From an uncultured bacterium (lineage in GTDB: Bacteria > RBG-13-61-14 > DATKZS01): a stretch of DNA of 60,187 nt. The notes beneath the pieces are model-generated. The model worked only from the letters and a program-made list of their open reading frames with translations. It did no database searches and was not told the origin of the DNA. Every line of letters begins with the position of its first letter. Within the stretch, counting starts at the first letter, position 1. Of this stretch, positions 59,629 to 60,187 are shown in pieces. The translations under genes were made by a program, and so were the position numbers. The DNA is taken from the NCBI GenBank assembly GCA_964420375.1, contig CAYQTK010000001.1, forward strand, positions 1 to 60,187. Reading direction: 5' to 3'.

Positions 59629-60187
59629 ATGACTAAAAGAAAAGTAGTTGTAAGCGTGTTGGCATTGATGTTGGCCGTGGGTTTTTCCGTGCGGGCTGAA
59701 GACAAGGACCCCGAGGCTCTGTGGGGAAAGCAGACCAGGGGTTGGGGACCCGGTCATAACGCCGAGATAGACGGCAACAAGGTGACGCTGGACAAGACGG
59801 CGGAGATCATCAAGGTTGAAGGCAATGCCAAGAAATACTGCATCTGGTCCGGCGGCGAGTCAGTGCTTTGCGGCTCCAACAAGAAGTCCATTACCGGCAA
59901 AACACTTCCCGCAGGCACTTACACGGTCCTTCCCGGGCTCTCCAAGGGACAGAAGTCCGCAAAGGTCAAAATACACATGGAGTACGTTGATTCCGACTCG
60001 GGATCGAACTCCGGGGCTGATGAAGAGTCCACCCTGTTGTGGGGAAAGCAGATCAAGGGTTGGGGACCTGGTCATAATGCGGAGAAAGACGGCAACAAGG
60101 TAACGCTCAAAAGCTCTGCAAAGATCGTCAAAGTGGAAGGCAACGCCAAACGCTACTGCATCTGGTCCGGCGGCAAATCAGTTCTTT
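59629..60187 (+). CDS. Partial (3'-truncated by window edge) secreted protein with tandemly duplicated 106-residue module. Not listed in the ORF track.
   Basis: ATG 59629 has AAAGGAGAG upstream. My hand translation found no stop codon to nt 60187. Signal peptide MTKRKVVVSVLALMLAVGFSVRA. The module LWGKQ.(R/K)GWGPGHNAE.DGNKVTL......I.KVEGNAK.YCIWSGG.SVL occurs twice, 318 nt apart. Confidence 0.75.
   Translation, partial: MTKRKVVVSVLALMLAVGFSVRAEDKDPEALWGKQTRGWGPGHNAEIDGNKVTLDKTAEIIKVEGNAKKYCIWSGGESVLCGSNKKSITGKTLPAGTYTVLPGLSKGQKSAKVKIHMEYVDSDSGSNSGADEESTLLWGKQIKGWGPGHNAEKDGNKVTLKSSAKIVKVEGNAKRYCIWSGGKSVL

Noticed and set aside
59816-60103. Track ORFs 59816..60103 (+) and 59860..60075 (-)
   Set aside because: They are alternative frames of the better-supported signal-peptide ORF starting at 59629, which has an RBS and an internal duplicated module.

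Overview
GC-rich bacterial chromosomal segment. About 48 protein-coding genes are tightly packed on both strands. I found no rRNA, tRNA or CRISPR array by eye. The gene content suggests an anaerobic Desulfobacterota/Myxococcota-like organism: sigma-54 enhancer-binding regulator, DUF4388 proteins, a repeat-rich Ser/Thr kinase, B12-radical SAM, ferredoxin-nitroreductase and several acyl-CoA dehydrogenases. That assignment is inference only. Housekeeping blocks are yebC-ruvC-ruvA-ruvB, argC, coaE-ackA, thiE and phoH-(7TM-HD)-ybeY-lnt. The most interesting locus is a TetR-headed, translationally coupled seven-gene operon (39.8-50.1 kb). It encodes a radical SAM enzyme, an unassignable 346-aa protein, an AcxABC-type ATP-dependent ketone carboxylase (beta/alpha/gamma) and an 845-aa SCP2-E1alpha-E1beta fusion. 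No E2/E3 or CoA-activating enzyme lies nearby, and an orphan MeaB-type GTPase sits divergently upstream. Other notable content: (1) a pentapeptide-repeat/QueH/Ser-Thr-kinase operon whose kinase carries about 25 tandem 13-residue repeats; (2) a hicBA toxin-antitoxin pair bracketed by copies of a palindromic repeat and followed by a 900-bp non-coding repeat island; (3) a REP/REPIN-like 22-23-nt repeat family (GTGCGAGCGACTGNTACCGCGA) in at least five intergenic regions; (4) a 953-aa secreted ankyrin-repeat protein; (5) a decayed Gfo/Idh/MocA pseudogene; (6) a signal-peptide ORF with a 106-codon internal tandem duplication that runs off the right edge and is missing from the supplied ORF track. 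All calls rest on motif recognition by eye. No database search or computation was run.
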